Below are positions 63,749 to 64,000 of a stretch of DNA of 64,000 nucleotides, in pieces. The notes under the pieces were generated by a model. It saw nothing but the letters and a program-made list of their open reading frames with translations. It ran no database searches and was not told the DNA's origin. Made by a program: the position numbers and the translations under genes. Source of the stretch: Octopus vulgaris (taxonomy: Eukaryota); NCBI GenBank assembly GCA_951406725.2, contig OX597821.1, positions 37,138,001 to 37,202,000 of the forward strand, read 5' to 3'. How positions within the stretch are numbered: the stretch's first letter is position 1; each line of letters opens with the position of its first letter.

Positions 63749-64000
63749 TAGTTTTATAAAAAAATAGTAGTTAAGTATTTTGTCACTTGTAACAGTTTGA
63801 TTCAACCCCATGTTTTGTCACATAGAAATCACAAGTTGATCATGTATACAAACCCAGTTTTGATCCAATCAACAGCTGTTGTTGACATCTACATGTTCAG
63901 CCTGGCACAAGAAAACAAGAAAACACACTATTGATGTGTAAAAATTAGCCCAAATATGGAATTTCTGATGAAGACTTACTACACTTGTCATCTACATTGT

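Overview
AT-rich, repeat-dense eukaryotic genomic DNA. The SINE, RTE and microsatellite landscape looks like coleoid cephalopod (Octopus-like) DNA; this is an inference. Host genes: (1) a complete 5-exon cyclin D gene on the minus strand (ATG 60839 to stop 38934, 286 aa); (2) a 2-exon HAUS1/augmin subunit 1-like gene on the plus strand (19560-23305, 281 aa) with a CCAAT plus CDE/CHR-like promoter; (3) 3' exons of an ankyrin-repeat/death-domain gene (4318-4492, 7997-8196). Mobile DNA: a decayed RepHel Helitron (24987-29944) with a tandem non-autonomous derivative, two short Helitron-like families, a Penelope-like GIY-YIG fragment, RTE and CR1-like LINE remnants, a Gypsy gag-protease remnant, Mutator-like and piggyBac-like MITEs, and three SINE families. 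The most notable unannotated signal is three minimal type I hammerhead-ribozyme folds of the Penelope style. One sits inside a tRNA-headed (Pol III) SINE-like unit, and one lies on the sense strand of cyclin D intron 1. Coordinates were read by eye; repeat boundaries are approximate unless termini are quoted.
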